Assembly: GCF_004010195.1 (NCBI RefSeq)
Contig: NC_057719.1
Coordinates: 41,578,910-41,642,909 of the forward strand
Origin: Chiloscyllium plagiosum
Taxonomy: Eukaryota
Length of the DNA: 64,000 nt
Reading direction: 5' to 3'
Of the stretch, positions 51,301 to 63,870 are shown one piece after another (position 1 is the stretch's first letter; each line of letters starts with the position of its first letter). The translations under genes and the position numbers were made by a program. The notes under the pieces were generated by a model. That model was given only the letters and a program-made list of their open reading frames with translations. It ran no database searches and was not told where the DNA came from.

Positions 51301-52118
51301 TAAATGTGAGGTGATGCTCTTTGGGAAGAATAATTGGAAGGCAGAGTACTGGGTCAATGGAATGATTGTTGGTAGTGTGGATGTGCAGAGGGATCTTAGA
51401 GTCTATGTACATAGATCCCTGAAAGTTGCCACCCGGGTGGATAGTACTATTAAGAAGGCATACGGTGTGTTAGGTTTCATTCGTAGAGGGATTGAGTTCC
51501 GGAGCCGCAATATCATGCTGCAACTATACAAAATGCTAGTGCGGCCACACTTGGAATATTGTGCACAGTTCTGGTCGCTATATTTCGGGAAGGATGTGGA
51601 AGCATTGGAAAAGATGCAGAGGAGATTTACCAGGATGTTGTCTGGTCTGGAGGGAAGGTCTTATGAGGAAAGGCTGAGAGAATTGGGTCTGTTCTCATTG
51701 GAAAGAAGAAGGCTAAGAGGGGATTTGATAGAGACATACAAGATGATCAGAGGATTAGATAGGATAGATAGTGAAAGTCTTTTTCCGAGGATGATGCCGT
51801 CAGCTTGTACGAGGGGGCATAGCTACAAATTGAGGGGTGATAGATTTAAGACCGATGTCAGAGGTACAAATTGAGGGGTGATAGATTTAAGACCGATGTC
51901 AGAGGCAGATTCTTAATGCAGAGAGTGGTGAGGGCGTGGAATGCCCTACCTGCTAATGTAGTTAACTCAGCCACATTAGGGAGATTTAAACAATCCTTGG
52001 ATAAGCACGTGGATGATGGTAGGATAGTGTAGGGGGATGAGCTGAGAATAGTTCACAGGTCGAGGCAACATCGAGGGCCAAAGGGCCTGTTCTGAGCTGT
52101 ATTGTTCTATGTTCTATG
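48303..52118 (+). mobile_element. Near full-length CR1 LINE (ORF1 SGNH esterase; ORF2 APE endonuclease + RT), inactivated
   Basis: ORF1: VIGDPIVRG, CCLPGARVRDV, VHVGTND, DGLQLN. ORF2: VAISETW, GDFN, NYRPVSLT, GVPQGPVLGP, RPHLEYCAQFW. Multiple stops and frameshifts; (TTCTATG)n tail. Confidence 0.95.
51824..51905. repeat. Exact 41-bp tandem duplication inside the CR1
   Basis: TACAAATTGAGGGGTGATAGATTTAAGACCGATGTCAGAGG twice. Confidence 0.95.
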
Positions 52119-54349
52119 AGAGTCAGTAGTTCTGTTGTCCCAGTGTTGCCAGGATTGAGCTGTACCCACTGCTGGGTCAACAGGCAGTTCCTGAGGATGA
52201 AGTGCTGTGGAACCTGCATCTCAGGTTAATTGGGGGTTTTGGACAGGCACTATGATACGGGTCAAGTGAGGGAGGTAAGGGGCATCAGGATTTGGACAGG
52301 AGAGAGTGGAGGGATAAAGCAGTCGGTGTATGATCTTGGGGTTGACCCCTTCAGGCAAAAGGGACCTCCCACAAGAAGTATCTTGCTGCCTCCTGAGTAG
52401 CTCAGGCAGTGAAAGCTGAGATCTGCTTACTTGGCCCCCAACCTCTCCAGCTGGATGAAAAACTGCACCAGAGGTCGATTGAAGGTCTTAGGTGCCATTA
52501 ATTGCCCAGCTAAAGGCTCAGTTGGCACAAGAGCAGGCAGACTGCTTAATGTCTTATCCACAACTTGTGATATGGGGAACCAGGCAGAGAGGAGTGGGAC
52601 CCACTGCCTTCAAATGTGCTCCAGGCAGCACAGGGCCTTAAAACTCGCCCGACCCCAAATCAATTCAAAACCTATTAACATCATGAAACAAGCCAGACAC
52701 TGTTGAAACAAATGGCAATAAATCATATGTCTTCAGTTTCAATTTTTTTCAGTCCAATGTCCTTCTTTCCTCTTCACTTTTCTTCCAGTGGCATTGACTC
52801 CTAGAAATTTAAAATAATGTAGTAGAGAGGGAGGCCACTCAGCCCATTGTTTCAATATCAATATAATTTCTTCTCATGCATCAGCTTGCTTTACAGGGGA
52901 AACCTGCTGAGTCATCAACCCAATGAGGTTGGTCTCTTTTTAAAAGTTACTCAATTTACATCTCATGAGCAGCACAATCAATGTAAAGTGGAAGAAATTG
53001 CTGACCTATGAGAATCAATCTTAATCCTGCAATCTGATGAGAGTAGTGTGGACGGAATGTTAAGGTGGCAGAGGGTTTGTGGCAGAGGGCAGAGGGCATT
53101 CCTAAAATATCCTGAAATCCCACCATCTTAACTCACTGCAAAACAGGAACTGAATGGCCATCTATCAGATAGGCCTCAACATGCAATATACTCAAATCTC
53201 ATGGCCTCTAAATGTCTTTCACACTTTTTACTGAGGGCCAGATGGGGTCAACTCAACCAATGGGCAGAAGAGGTCAATGTAAACTGTGATAGTTTTTCCT
53301 TAAACAAGGGGACCAAAACTGCCCACAGTACTCGAGCTGTGGTCTCACCAGCACTTTGCACAACTACAGGAAGATTTTCCTACCCTATACTCCACCTTCC
53401 TTGAAATAAGGGCTAAGATCTTTTTTGACACGTGTCCCTGCTCCAAACCACCCCCCCTCCACCCTGCTATTGATCATTTAAGAAACATTCTGCCTTTCTG
53501 CTTTTTTCTAACCAACTAATTAATCACACAGTTAATCAAACTTTATTCCATTTGACAAGTTCTGGGATATATTTAGTCTCTCTAAGTTGTTTTGAAACTC
53601 CTTGTATACTCCTTACAGTTCAGGTTCATGCCCAATTTGGTATCCTCAGCAAATCGGCAAATATTATAATCGTTCCCCATATCTGAAGAATCGACAGGAA
53701 AGTGAACAGCTCTGGATCTCTGAACCTTGTGGTACCCCACTAAAAGAGCCTGTGACCCTGAGAATCATTGGTTTATTCCTACTGTCTGCTTTCTGTCTGC
53801 TAACCAACTCTCATTCCAGATTTGTAATTTTATGCGTTAACTTCCTGAGTGGGACCTTACCAAAAGCTTTCCAGACGTCCCGATGCCATCATATCCATTG
53901 TTTCTGTTTTATTAATGATACAGATGCTTTCACCAAAAAACTCCAACAGGTTTGTTAAACGTAATTTCTCTTTTATAAACCCATGTTGATGATTATGTGA
54001 TGTTACATGATTATGTTATATGATTTATGAATAACCGAATTTCAATAGAACATACACATACAAATTATATGAGTATGAAGCATTTAATTGTAACATTGCA
54101 AAAAGGTGAGACAACCAACACCCTGGCTCACTAATGGTTTGAAGTAAGACTGCCACAATCAATGGTGCAAAGTACCTGTCTTTGCTAATGCAATAAAGAG
54201 ACTGGAATAAATATTATCATGAACAATGGTACAGGGGATCATTCATACATCCATTAGTTCAGGAGTGCGATGTCCCTCACATGAGTAAGATTCTATCACT
54301 TTCTATTATTGAAGCAAGATTAAATCATTCAGTCCTGCTGAGTCCGGGG

Positions 54350-54950
54350 TGTAGTAATTGCAATGAAGTCAGCTATTTGGACCTCATAGAATATGAGTTC
54401 CCTGATTGGGGCAGTTAATTGAGGCCAATAAGGGAGCCCTGGCTGACAGATAAAAACAGGAATGCCAGGCATCTTATTCATTCTGAGAGCTGGCTCTGAG
54501 GAAGCTTGTTCAGTGTCAAAGACTCTCCATACATAAATAAAGGGTGATATAGTGATGGGATACTGACCTCCATGGAATTACTTTAGTGACAATAAGAGAA
54601 AACCAAGCTCCTGAAGAAATTTGCTTTCAACAGTCATCTTTGAGTTGGGGTATGCATTTGTGGGATCATGCTGTTATTTGGGAAGCTTGGCTCATTCGAT
54701 CCCGTCATCGAGAATTGAGACCAGTGTGTGGAAACAATTTTTTTTTCCCTGGCAAATGACATTTGGGCAGAAAGAAAACAACAAGTGATTGTCCTGACTG
54801 CTTGTGGACTTGCAGCTTTTCCAGTTATTAGGAGCTTAACTTTCCCTGGGGCATCCAATACTAAAACCTTTCAAGAGTTGACGGATTTAGTTAAGGAACA
54901 TTATGACCTCAAGTCTCCTCTAATTCCAAGACGCTATACATTTTACTTAG
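54350..54950 (+). mobile_element. Gypsy-type LTR retrotransposon relic: 5' LTR (~54350-54585) plus gag N-terminus
   Basis: TGTAGT start, AATAAA near 54536, then MLLFGKLGSFDP..ANDI..VIVLTACG..KTFQELTDLVKEHYD from 54668, resembling Gypsy gag. Confidence 0.75.
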
Positions 54951-54952
54951 TT

Positions 54953-55113
54953 AAAAATCACATGACACCAGGCTATAGTCCAACAGGTTTATTTGGAGAC
55001 ACTAGCTTTTGAAGCATTGCTTCTTCATCAGGTGGAGCAGGACCGTAAGACACAGAATTTATAGTAAAAGGTTACAGTATCATGCAGCTGAAATATATTA
55101 AACAAACTTAGAT
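54953..55113 (-). mobile_element. PLE terminus fragment (family of 23817-24001)
   Basis: AAAAATCACATGACACCAGGCTATAGTCCAACAGGTTTATTTGG matches 23817-23862; reverse complement has CAC-CTGATGA-A-GAAGCaatGCTTC-AAAA-GCTA-GTG (core G mutated). Confidence 0.7.
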
Positions 55114-55199
55114 CAAAGCTTCAATATATAATCTATAATAAGTGTTTGGAGAAGGGATGGAGAAGTCAGGGCCTTCAAAAACTTATTTAAAGCACAACT

Positions 55200-55660
55200 T
55201 GCAGTCTGTTCCTGGGCCTGGCCAAACTGGCCATAAACAGGTCCAGGCAGCGGGCCCTGGAAAGGGTCGTTAGGGCAGACTGCCTGCCCCTCTTCCACGG
55301 TTATGTTAGAGCCCGGGTGTCTCTGGAGAAGGAGCACGCAGTGTCCACCAACACCCTTGAGCTGTTCAGGGAGAGGTGGGCACTGCAGGGAGTGGAGTGT
55401 ATTATTTCCCCCTCCAATTCTATTTTAATTTAATCCCTGTCCTCCCACTCACTGTTTGATGACACAGCATTGCCCTTTGTCACTGGCCACTTGGGTGTTT
55501 ATTTTCTTCCTAGTGGTGGAAATTGAATAAAGATTTGTACACCTTGTGTCTTTCACTGTGTCTCACATACAACATGGGTGCTGGGGAAAAATAAGCACTA
55601 CTGCAGTCAGGCAATAGTGTGGGGGAAAAAGAAAGAAGAAAAAAAGAAAGAAAAGAACAG
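55200..55660 (+). mobile_element. Tx1-like (L1 clade) LINE 3' end with 3'UTR and A-rich tail
   Basis: Open frame 55206-55433 LFLGLAKLAINRSRQRALE..LPLFHGYVRARVSLEKEHA..LELFRERW resembles Tx1 ORF2 C-termini; A-rich run at 55626-55660. Confidence 0.7.
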
Positions 55661-55823
55661 GAATAAAAACAAACAAACTGCAAGTCACACGTTCTGCTCA
55701 CTCTGGGAGCTGCCTCAGAGGGAGCTGGATCAGTGTGCGAAGAATAAAAACAAACAAACTGGCAAGTCACACGTTCTGCTCACTCTGGGAGCTGCCTCAG
55801 AGGGAGCTGGATCAGTGTGCGAA
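55661..55823. repeat. 81/82-bp tandem duplication containing LTR-like sequence
   Basis: Two copies differing by one base; the distal part resembles 54477-54527 of the upstream LTR. Confidence 0.9.
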
Positions 55824-57224
55824 GGACTCTCATTTTTGTTTCAGAGGAGGGGACTGACTCTGAGCTGACTGGCCCACAGTCAGTGCACTGTGAGATTAGA
55901 AAAACAAAGCATGACTTTTCCAATGCAAATAATTCCCACATGAACCTAATCTATTTCTCACTCAGTCTTACTCAAGTATAGTCTTATAACTGTGCACCCC
56001 TTAGTGAGTGGACCATCAATATTGCATCATGGTCCCATGTAGATCTCAAAACCTCAATTTAAACAGATCTAAAAAGACTCCAACCTGATCCAAAGAGGTC
56101 TAGAGGTACCCATCAAATGTTCCATGCCACGTAGCATGGCTGAAATGTGGGCATGAGTTGACCAACTTGATTCTAACTGAATCATTCCCACTCTACCTCT
56201 GCCAAGCTGTTGAATTTAATATCCTGTCCATTCATTTTTTTGGCCATCATTTACCATTTTATGTAGCTGCCCACATAGCATCCATTTCCCATGATGCCAT
56301 TTTCAATTCTCAAAGTCAAGTCTTCCACATTTGCTTTGAACTCTGTGATCCCAACTCATTTACGCTTGTACAAGTATAGTCATGCAAGTTTCTTCTCAAT
56401 GTAAGCAGCAGTGTATTAGGCACTGTCCTCAAATCCAGGAAACAAAACATTACTGACAAAATCAAACCATTGTTGCTTTAAATGTTTTAAGTAATATCTT
56501 TAGTTTACTTGCTTCAAAGCTCACTATACAAAACAAAATAATTAAATGCACAATTCAAATATATTTACAATTCAATGTGAATTAAACAGTAAAGTTTATA
56601 TTTCAATTACAGTATTAAAATGGCACAAAAACTCCAGTATTAAAATGCACTCTTGCATTTTATAATAACCAAGTATAAATATTTATTTTATTGTAAAAGA
56701 GATGCAGTACTGAGATTCTGACTAAACAATGTGCTGTCTATCTTTTATCTTAATGACCTACTGCAACACATTCTTATTATACTGTGAAAGTGGCTTTGAA
56801 CACTACACAGCTCACAAATTATGTTAAGTCATTTTCATGGCAGCATCCATTCCTTTAAAGGCAAAATGATTTCTGTTGTAGTGCATGTGATGGGGTTCTT
56901 CTTGAATTGTCACTCTGCAGAATTGTCAATAACTATTATGGTCAATCATCCCTAAGATAGCTTAATAATAGAGCAACTTCCAACAGCAACTTGCATTTAC
57001 ATCAGACTCTTAAAAATGCTCTATGACACTTCATAGATCTACGTTGTTTTGTAAAAAGCATGCTGAACGAAAGAAAAAGATATTACAAGAGTGATCAAAA
57101 GCTTGATCAAAGCTGATTGTAAGAAGAAATACGGATTGGTGCTGAGTATGGTGCTAAGTATAGAGTGATGGAAAGATTTATGTTAGAAAATTGAGAGTAG
57201 CACTTCCCAAACTATTTTCTAATA

Positions 57225-57415
57225 TGACCCTGTCCTTTAGGGAAGAAGCCTTTCCTACTTGGTCCATGTTATATGCGACTCCAGACTCACAGCAATGCGT
57301 TTAATTCTTAACTGCCATCTGAAATGGCATTGCAAGCATATCCATTTTAGAAGCAATTTAGGATGAAAATGAATGTTGGTCTTGATGTAATTGATGCGCA
57401 AATCCCAATAAATAA
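57225..57415 (+). mobile_element. Degraded SINE-like repeat; related copy at ~58060-58190
   Basis: Both share TCCTTTA.(G/A)GAAG...ATTCTTAACTG..ATCCCA...ATAA. Confidence 0.5.
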
Positions 57416-58627
57416 TGTAAAAATCTTTAAAATTATGACCCCACCCCCAATAAAAACCAAGCAATAAAACAATACAGTAACATTCAGTATATGATTATCC
57501 ATGGGGAGACTGTGACATAGTAGCACAAAGGCCCCAAGCTAATATTTTCAGTGCATGTCAAACTCGAACACAGCAAACTTAACTTTAATTAATAATTCTA
57601 GAATTGAAAACTAGTCTTCTGTTATGGAAATTAAATTGACTCAACTCAAATGCTGACAAGAGCAAAGAAAAAGTTTATTTCGGACTCTGCAGGGTCGACC
57701 CAATACATTGGCAAGATGCAGCATGTAAAGGGCATTTAACGACTTTCACAAACTCTCTTTATACCAAATTTCGCTTATCCTTATCACACTTCAAGGCCAA
57801 GAGCTTGGAACATTCGAGCTCCTTTCCACATATGGAGCTGTTTTTTCTCATTCCTTGACCGCTGATATGGTGGCTTATTGTCCTTGTACATCGGCTTGCA
57901 TTTTTTCAGTCTGTCTACAACACTTTGCAAGGTCTGCAGTTCTTTGCAAAGTCAGGTCCTTGCTTCCTTGTCTGTCTATGCTTTTATAGATTTCACAATA
58001 AATGTTAATTTTCCATTACATCTTGATAATAGTCCATCGTGATACAAACCTATCAGTTTGCTAATATCCTTTAAAGAAGGAAATCTGCTGTTCTACTCTG
58101 TTCTGGACTACATATTAATCTAGATCCACTCTCTGGTGGATTGATTCTTAACTGTCCTTTGAATGCCTGCATCCCATGAAAAAATAAAATAAAAATCACA
58201 ATTAAAGTTTGCATGGTTTAGTTCAGCATATAATAATACTTGCTATGAATGTCTGTGTTTTCAAATTACTTCACAAAAAAATGTTATTTTGTTTATGTAC
58301 TCACTCAGTCATTACTTTGGATTAGCTGCTCCAGTTGATGGATGTTGTCCAGGAAATATCCCAAGGTAATGTTGAGGATCTTGCTGAATTTGGAGCTTGA
58401 GATGCCGAGCTGGCTATGAGTGATTAGTGGCTCGATGCTGGGCATGTTGGCTCGACACAAGGACACAGCTTTCAGACTCATAACTAATTGCAAATTAGCA
58501 TCCCCTTTTGTTGATTCTGGAATATATTGTATCAGATTGCTACAAATTAGAAAAATACATTCCACAAATTCATTGTCCTTCTTCAGCTACTCTACTTTCC
58601 AAAGTTTATAAATTATTGTTAGCTTCC

Positions 58628-58815
58628 AAAGTGGTTGAGGCTGGTACAATTGCAACATTTAAAAGGCATTTGGATGGGTATATGAATAGGAAGGGTTTGG
58701 AGGGATATGGGCCAGGTGCTGGCAGGTGGGACTAGATTGGGTTGGGATATCTGGTCGGCATGGACGGTTGGACCGAAGTGTCTGTTTCCGTGGTATACAT
58801 CTCTATGACTCTATG
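58628..58815 (+). mobile_element. CR1 extreme 3' end
   Basis: VVEAGTIATFKRHLDGYMNRKGLEGYGP* followed by TCTATGACTCTATG. Confidence 0.9.
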
Positions 58816-59474
58816 TGAGTTGTCTACCGCTCCCCATGTCTACTTGGAAGTTTCATTAATGTTGTGTCATAATGGTAATCTCATCTCTGCTACCGATACA
58901 AGTTGCTCTGGTGATGTATGTCCAATTCTCTTTTCACTGTATTGTCATTTTTGTTGTAATAGGAGCTTCATTGTTAATGAAATTAGGTCAGGAGGAATTA
59001 ATAATTTCATGCTGCTCGATGGGTTGAAAATGTTTACTCAATGATTTCCTTTTTTCCTCTTCAATGTTTGTTGGCCATGAAAGGTGGGATGATTCAAATT
59101 CATCAATAAATGATTTTCAAAAAGTGCTACCATTCTCATCCACCAATTAGCCTTCCTTTTTTGTAAGAAACTATGGAAAATCCATTATAGCATCCTTAGG
59201 TAATACAAAGAAAGTGTTCAAAATGTCTTTTGCTCTTTGTCTCCATTCTTAAATGTCTAATAAACTATTGCATGAAAATGTTAATTAATAGACCAAATGT
59301 TGAATCATTTATTTTGTTTTATGTATCATAGAACCTGATTTTCTTTGATCTTAATAGTCTTGGGATGACATAATATCATGGCTAAAACAATGTAATTAAC
59401 TTGTTAAATGCCTAGACTTAAAATTTTAAAGCTAAATTTCAAGATGCTTTTTAAAAGCAATCTTTATTTTTTTT

Positions 59475-59850
59475 TCCCTGGAGCATAGTAGGTTGAGGGG
59501 TGACCTTAAAGAGGTTTATAAAATCATGATAAAGTGAATAGCAAAGGTATTTTTCCCAGTGTGGGGGAGTTCAAAACTAGGGGTGCATTTTTTAAGGTGG
59601 CAGGGGAAAGATTTAAAAGAGATCTGCGGGGCAACATTTTTTCACATCGAGTGTGGTTCATATGTGGAATGAACTGGCAGACAAAGTGGTAGATGCAGGT
59701 ACTGTTACAACATTTAAAAGACATTTGGACAGGTACATGAATAGGAAAGGTTTAGAGGGATATGGGCTAAATGCAGGCAAGTGGGACTGGCTTGGTTTGG
59801 TATAATTGGCATGGAAGAATTGGACACTATTTTTGTGCTGTATGATTCTA
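59475..59850 (+). mobile_element. CR1 3' fragment
   Basis: Homologous to the reverse complement of 25440-25850. Confidence 0.85.
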
Positions 59851-59954
59851 GCCAGTTGGAATCTAATTTGAATAATTCACTTTAAACTCTCCTTCAAAAT
59901 GGTTTAAATGAAACACTTTCTAAAAGAATGGCAAAACCTTAATTGTCTCCTTAG

Positions 59955-60630
59955 AGAATATAAGAACGAGGAGCAGGTGTAGGCCATCTGACCCTTCAAG
60001 TCTGCTCCACCATTCAATAAGATCATGGCTGATCTTTTCATGACCTCAGCTCCACTTACTTGCGCTCTCCTTAATTCCTTTAATGTACAAAAAATTACCT
60101 ATCTTAGCTTTAACAGCATTTACTGAGGAGGCTTCAACTACTTCACTGAGCATGGAATTCCATAGATTCACAACCCTCTGGGTGAACAAGTGGCTCCTCA
60201 ATTCAGTCCTAAATCTGCTCCCCCTAATTTTGAGGTTATACCCTCTTGTCCTAGTTTCACCCGCCAGTGGAAACATCCTCTGTACTTCTGTCTTATCTGT
60301 TCCGTTCATACTTTTATGTGTTTCTATAAGATCCCCTCCCCCATTCTTTTGAAATTCAATGAATATAATTTGAATCTACTCAGTCTCTCCTCATAAGCCA
60401 ACCCTCCCAACTCTAGAATCAACCTAGTGAACCTCCTCTGCACCCCCTCCAGTGCCATTTCATCCTTTCTCAACTTAGGAGACCAGAACTACACACAGTA
60501 CTCCAGGTGTGGCCTCACCAGCCTCCTATACAGCTGCAACACAACCTCCCCCATTTAGGAATGAAGGACAAAATTCCATTTGCCTTCCTAATTACCTGTT
60601 GCACTTCAGACCAACCTTTTGTGATTCATG
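59955..60630 (-). mobile_element. CR1 3' fragment
   Basis: Minus ORF 60046..60309 (ETRTRGYNLKIRG..FTQRVVNLWNS). Confidence 0.88.
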
Positions 60631-63600
60631 TAGTGGTGCAGCTAAGCTTGTGCTAACTGCAATGTTCTGTGACACAAACTGTTAAACCCTTCCGCAGCAG
60701 TTCAGGCAGTAAAAAGCAATTTTTAACCAAGCAATTTTAAACTGATAGTTTGCTTTGCTGTATTATTTGCACCAAATTATTTTCATATTTGTATGCTGCT
60801 TGTGTGTGTGTGTGTGTATCTCGCACAACAGAGTCACGAACCTTGTGGCTAATGGCTAGCCCTCATTACCCAATAGTCATCCACTGGTTTGCCATGGTGG
60901 CTCAAGCTCAGATGTTACTGAATGAAGGCATCATGACAGCTGCCAGGATATAAAAACAATTAGAGTCACAGGGGTGGAGTGGGTCGGGTTGACTTGCTTT
61001 TTGGAGGGCAATGTGGATCCAATGGGCTGAATGGCCTGCTTTCACACTGTAGCGAATCTATTCTATAAATATTGGGCCTTGACTAGCACTGAGTTTGGTT
61101 GGACACTAGTTGGACATTGAGGGACATGCCGTTCGTGATACATTTGAAAATATACATGCAGCACTCATACAGGGACAAGTGCTCAGGAAATGGCAGCCTG
61201 CACCACAGAAAATCCGGCAATTCCTGACCAAGCTGTGTGCTCCTCTTGACTCCTTTCTGACAGTTACAATTGGAATGTATTCAGCTGGAAAATAGGGCTT
61301 CAATGACTTATCTGTGCAACAGTAGATAGCAAGATGAAAAATGTTGCAAATGTTGTCTGCTGCAGCTTCAAACAAGTCATACACATAAATGTTCATTGAG
61401 AGGTCACCTTAACTGCCAATAGCAGTGCTGTAACAATCCTTTCCTTGAGGCAGCACCTGATGGCGGGCTGCACTCTGATACAGTACTTGTCACTGTGGTG
61501 TGATTGAGAATTGGTCCCAAAATACCACAGGAGGATTTAGCCTCCTAACCTGAGCCCTTATCTCCCTCCTCCTTTTCCTTTTCGGAGAAGATTGCCTTTC
61601 TTTCTTTTATCTTCGCTCATTCCCCAACTGTACTTCAGACCAACCAGCAGCTCCCATTTTTTTAAAGGAAATTGTCTCGGCTTCTCATGAAGTCAGAACC
61701 AGTTCAATTCCCTCCAGAGTTTAGCAACAGTAAACAGGAGTACAAACCACCAAGTTCTTCTACAAATGCTGTAAAGAACTTCCTTGGTCAAAGGTCATTC
61801 CTGTTGCTCAAATTCAGCTTCCATTATTCAAGATTAAGAAAGGGTTAAGTTAGCTTGAGTGATGGAGTCAAAAATGCATCACTGACATCAAATCAGTGTT
61901 TCACACTGCCTAACTTGACAATCTGCCTATTTTGCTTTTTTCCAGTACATGTTTCCAATGCTGCATTAGGAACATTATCAAAATAACCTCTGGTGTGACC
62001 AGTACCAGAATTATACATAATAGATATCAATTTGGACCCAAAATAGTATCTATAGATTCAGAATTATATGTGCTAGGCAACCAAATTTCATAACCACTGC
62101 CAATTTAGTGCGTAAAAAACAGCTATAGCAACATTCTATTCCAACATGTCGATTGCTTTCTTCTTTTCAATTATGCCAAATAATCTCAGCATCTGTATAA
62201 AGTATCTAATATTGGAATCTTCTGTTAGACTTATATAATTATTAACTAATCTGGCATGTAGATAGCCTTGGGTTCTTTTGCTATATATATTTTATCAACC
62301 TGTATCTGAAAATGAAAGAAAGAGTTTCCCTCTGGATTGTAATATGTGATAAAGTCAGTTACTGACATGGAAAATGTTTCAGTTAAGAATTGAAACATGC
62401 TAGCATTTTTATTTCAGCGCTTCTCCACTTCTGATATCCTTTCACCACCTCAATTATTACTGTCAGAAACTTACAACATTAGCCAAACACAGGTCAAACA
62501 AGGTTTGATCTCAAGATATTTCCATAATAATCTCTATCATTTCAGTAAAAAAAGAGAGCTCTTTTATTGCAGCAATAAAAACAGCAAAGTGATCTTCTGA
62601 TGGTGCTTTATTAGATTCATTTTTCTCTTATCGACTAAGCATGACGTATGAAAACCAGAATTTATGAAGCAAGAATTAATGTGAGAATCCTATGATCCCT
62701 AACGCAATTGTGAAAAGTATTGGGTTGGTATTCATTATAATCTATACTTCCATCAATCTTAAGATAAAATGCAGGAAATTTGAAATTTCTTTCTGTTTTG
62801 TACAAGTAACCATAATAGTCTGTGGCTGATGCAGGACTGAAACATCAGCAGTGTCTCATCTGCCTGCTGTGCTCTGAAGTTCAAACAGCTGAAACATTTT
62901 ATATATTAACACATTCTAGACCATCTTGCTCTCTACTGTAAATAGCTTCATTAAATGGTTGATTGACCAAATGTTCCAAGTAACTTCTAATCTCAATTAG
63001 AATCCAGAAGAAAATCTACAGACATATTTCCTCACAATTCATTGCTTGCAGTCAAAAATGAAAAATTCAAACCACTTCATATATAATAAAGAGCCACAGA
63101 AATTTTACTTAAGTTGAGAAGGAATTTATTTTTCTCACGCAGCCTCTTGTTCAGAATATTTTCCGTAGGTTTTTGTAATTGTGTATGTCACTGATTTTCA
63201 TTAGAGCTTTTAGTTCTTTGTGCACCTGCTACATCACAAAGCAAATTTAGTTCCCTAGATCTTTCACTGATGCAACTAATGTATATTCCTAATAGACCTC
63301 AAGAAAGAATATGTGGAATGGGCTGGAATATTGTCCTGCTAACATACTTTAGGTGCTTCATTGATGCAGAACATTGCTTAAGATAAACAGACAACTTCAA
63401 AGCTCCCTTTGTTCCTGTTTTATGTTTGGATGCTGGCAACATTAGATGTAATAAATAAATAACATTGCAGCAGCACGTCTATCTTCAAACATTTAGCAAT
63501 TGTGATACATCAAGAGAGGTCTTACCATCTTTGTGCCTAGCCTTACTGATGTACTGTCATCTCAAGTTCCAAATATTGTGCAAGATACTAAAACAAAATC

Positions 63601-63799
63601 TACACATGAAATAAGAACTGTTTTCCAATGTTAACCTCTTTACTTCACAATTGTGCACTTTCCACTTGTACTTGCACTCCAAAATCCATAAGCTTGACTC
63701 TTCCAGTTGACCCATTGTTTTGGCGCATTTCCATTCCATGGATATGAAACTTTATTGCTGGAACAGCACAGCAGGTCAGGCAGCATCCAGGGAACAGGA

Positions 63800-63837
63800 G
63801 ATTCGACGTTTCGGGCACAGGCCCTTCTTCAGGAATC
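63800..63837 (-). ncRNA. Minimal type I hammerhead ribozyme motif with intact core
   Basis: Minus strand reads GATTC-CTGAAGA-A-GGGC ctgt GCCC-GAAA-CG-TC-GAATC: 5-bp stem I, 4-bp stem II, palindromic ACGU at stem III, GUC cleavage triplet. Confidence 0.7.
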
Positions 63838-63870
63838 CTGAAGAAGGGCCTGTGCCCGAAACGTCGAATC
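63833..63870 (+). ncRNA. Mirror hammerhead motif on the plus strand
   Basis: CTGAAGA 63838-63844, GAAA 63858-63861, GTC ending at 63865; stem I has an A-A mismatch at the palindrome centre. Confidence 0.6.
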
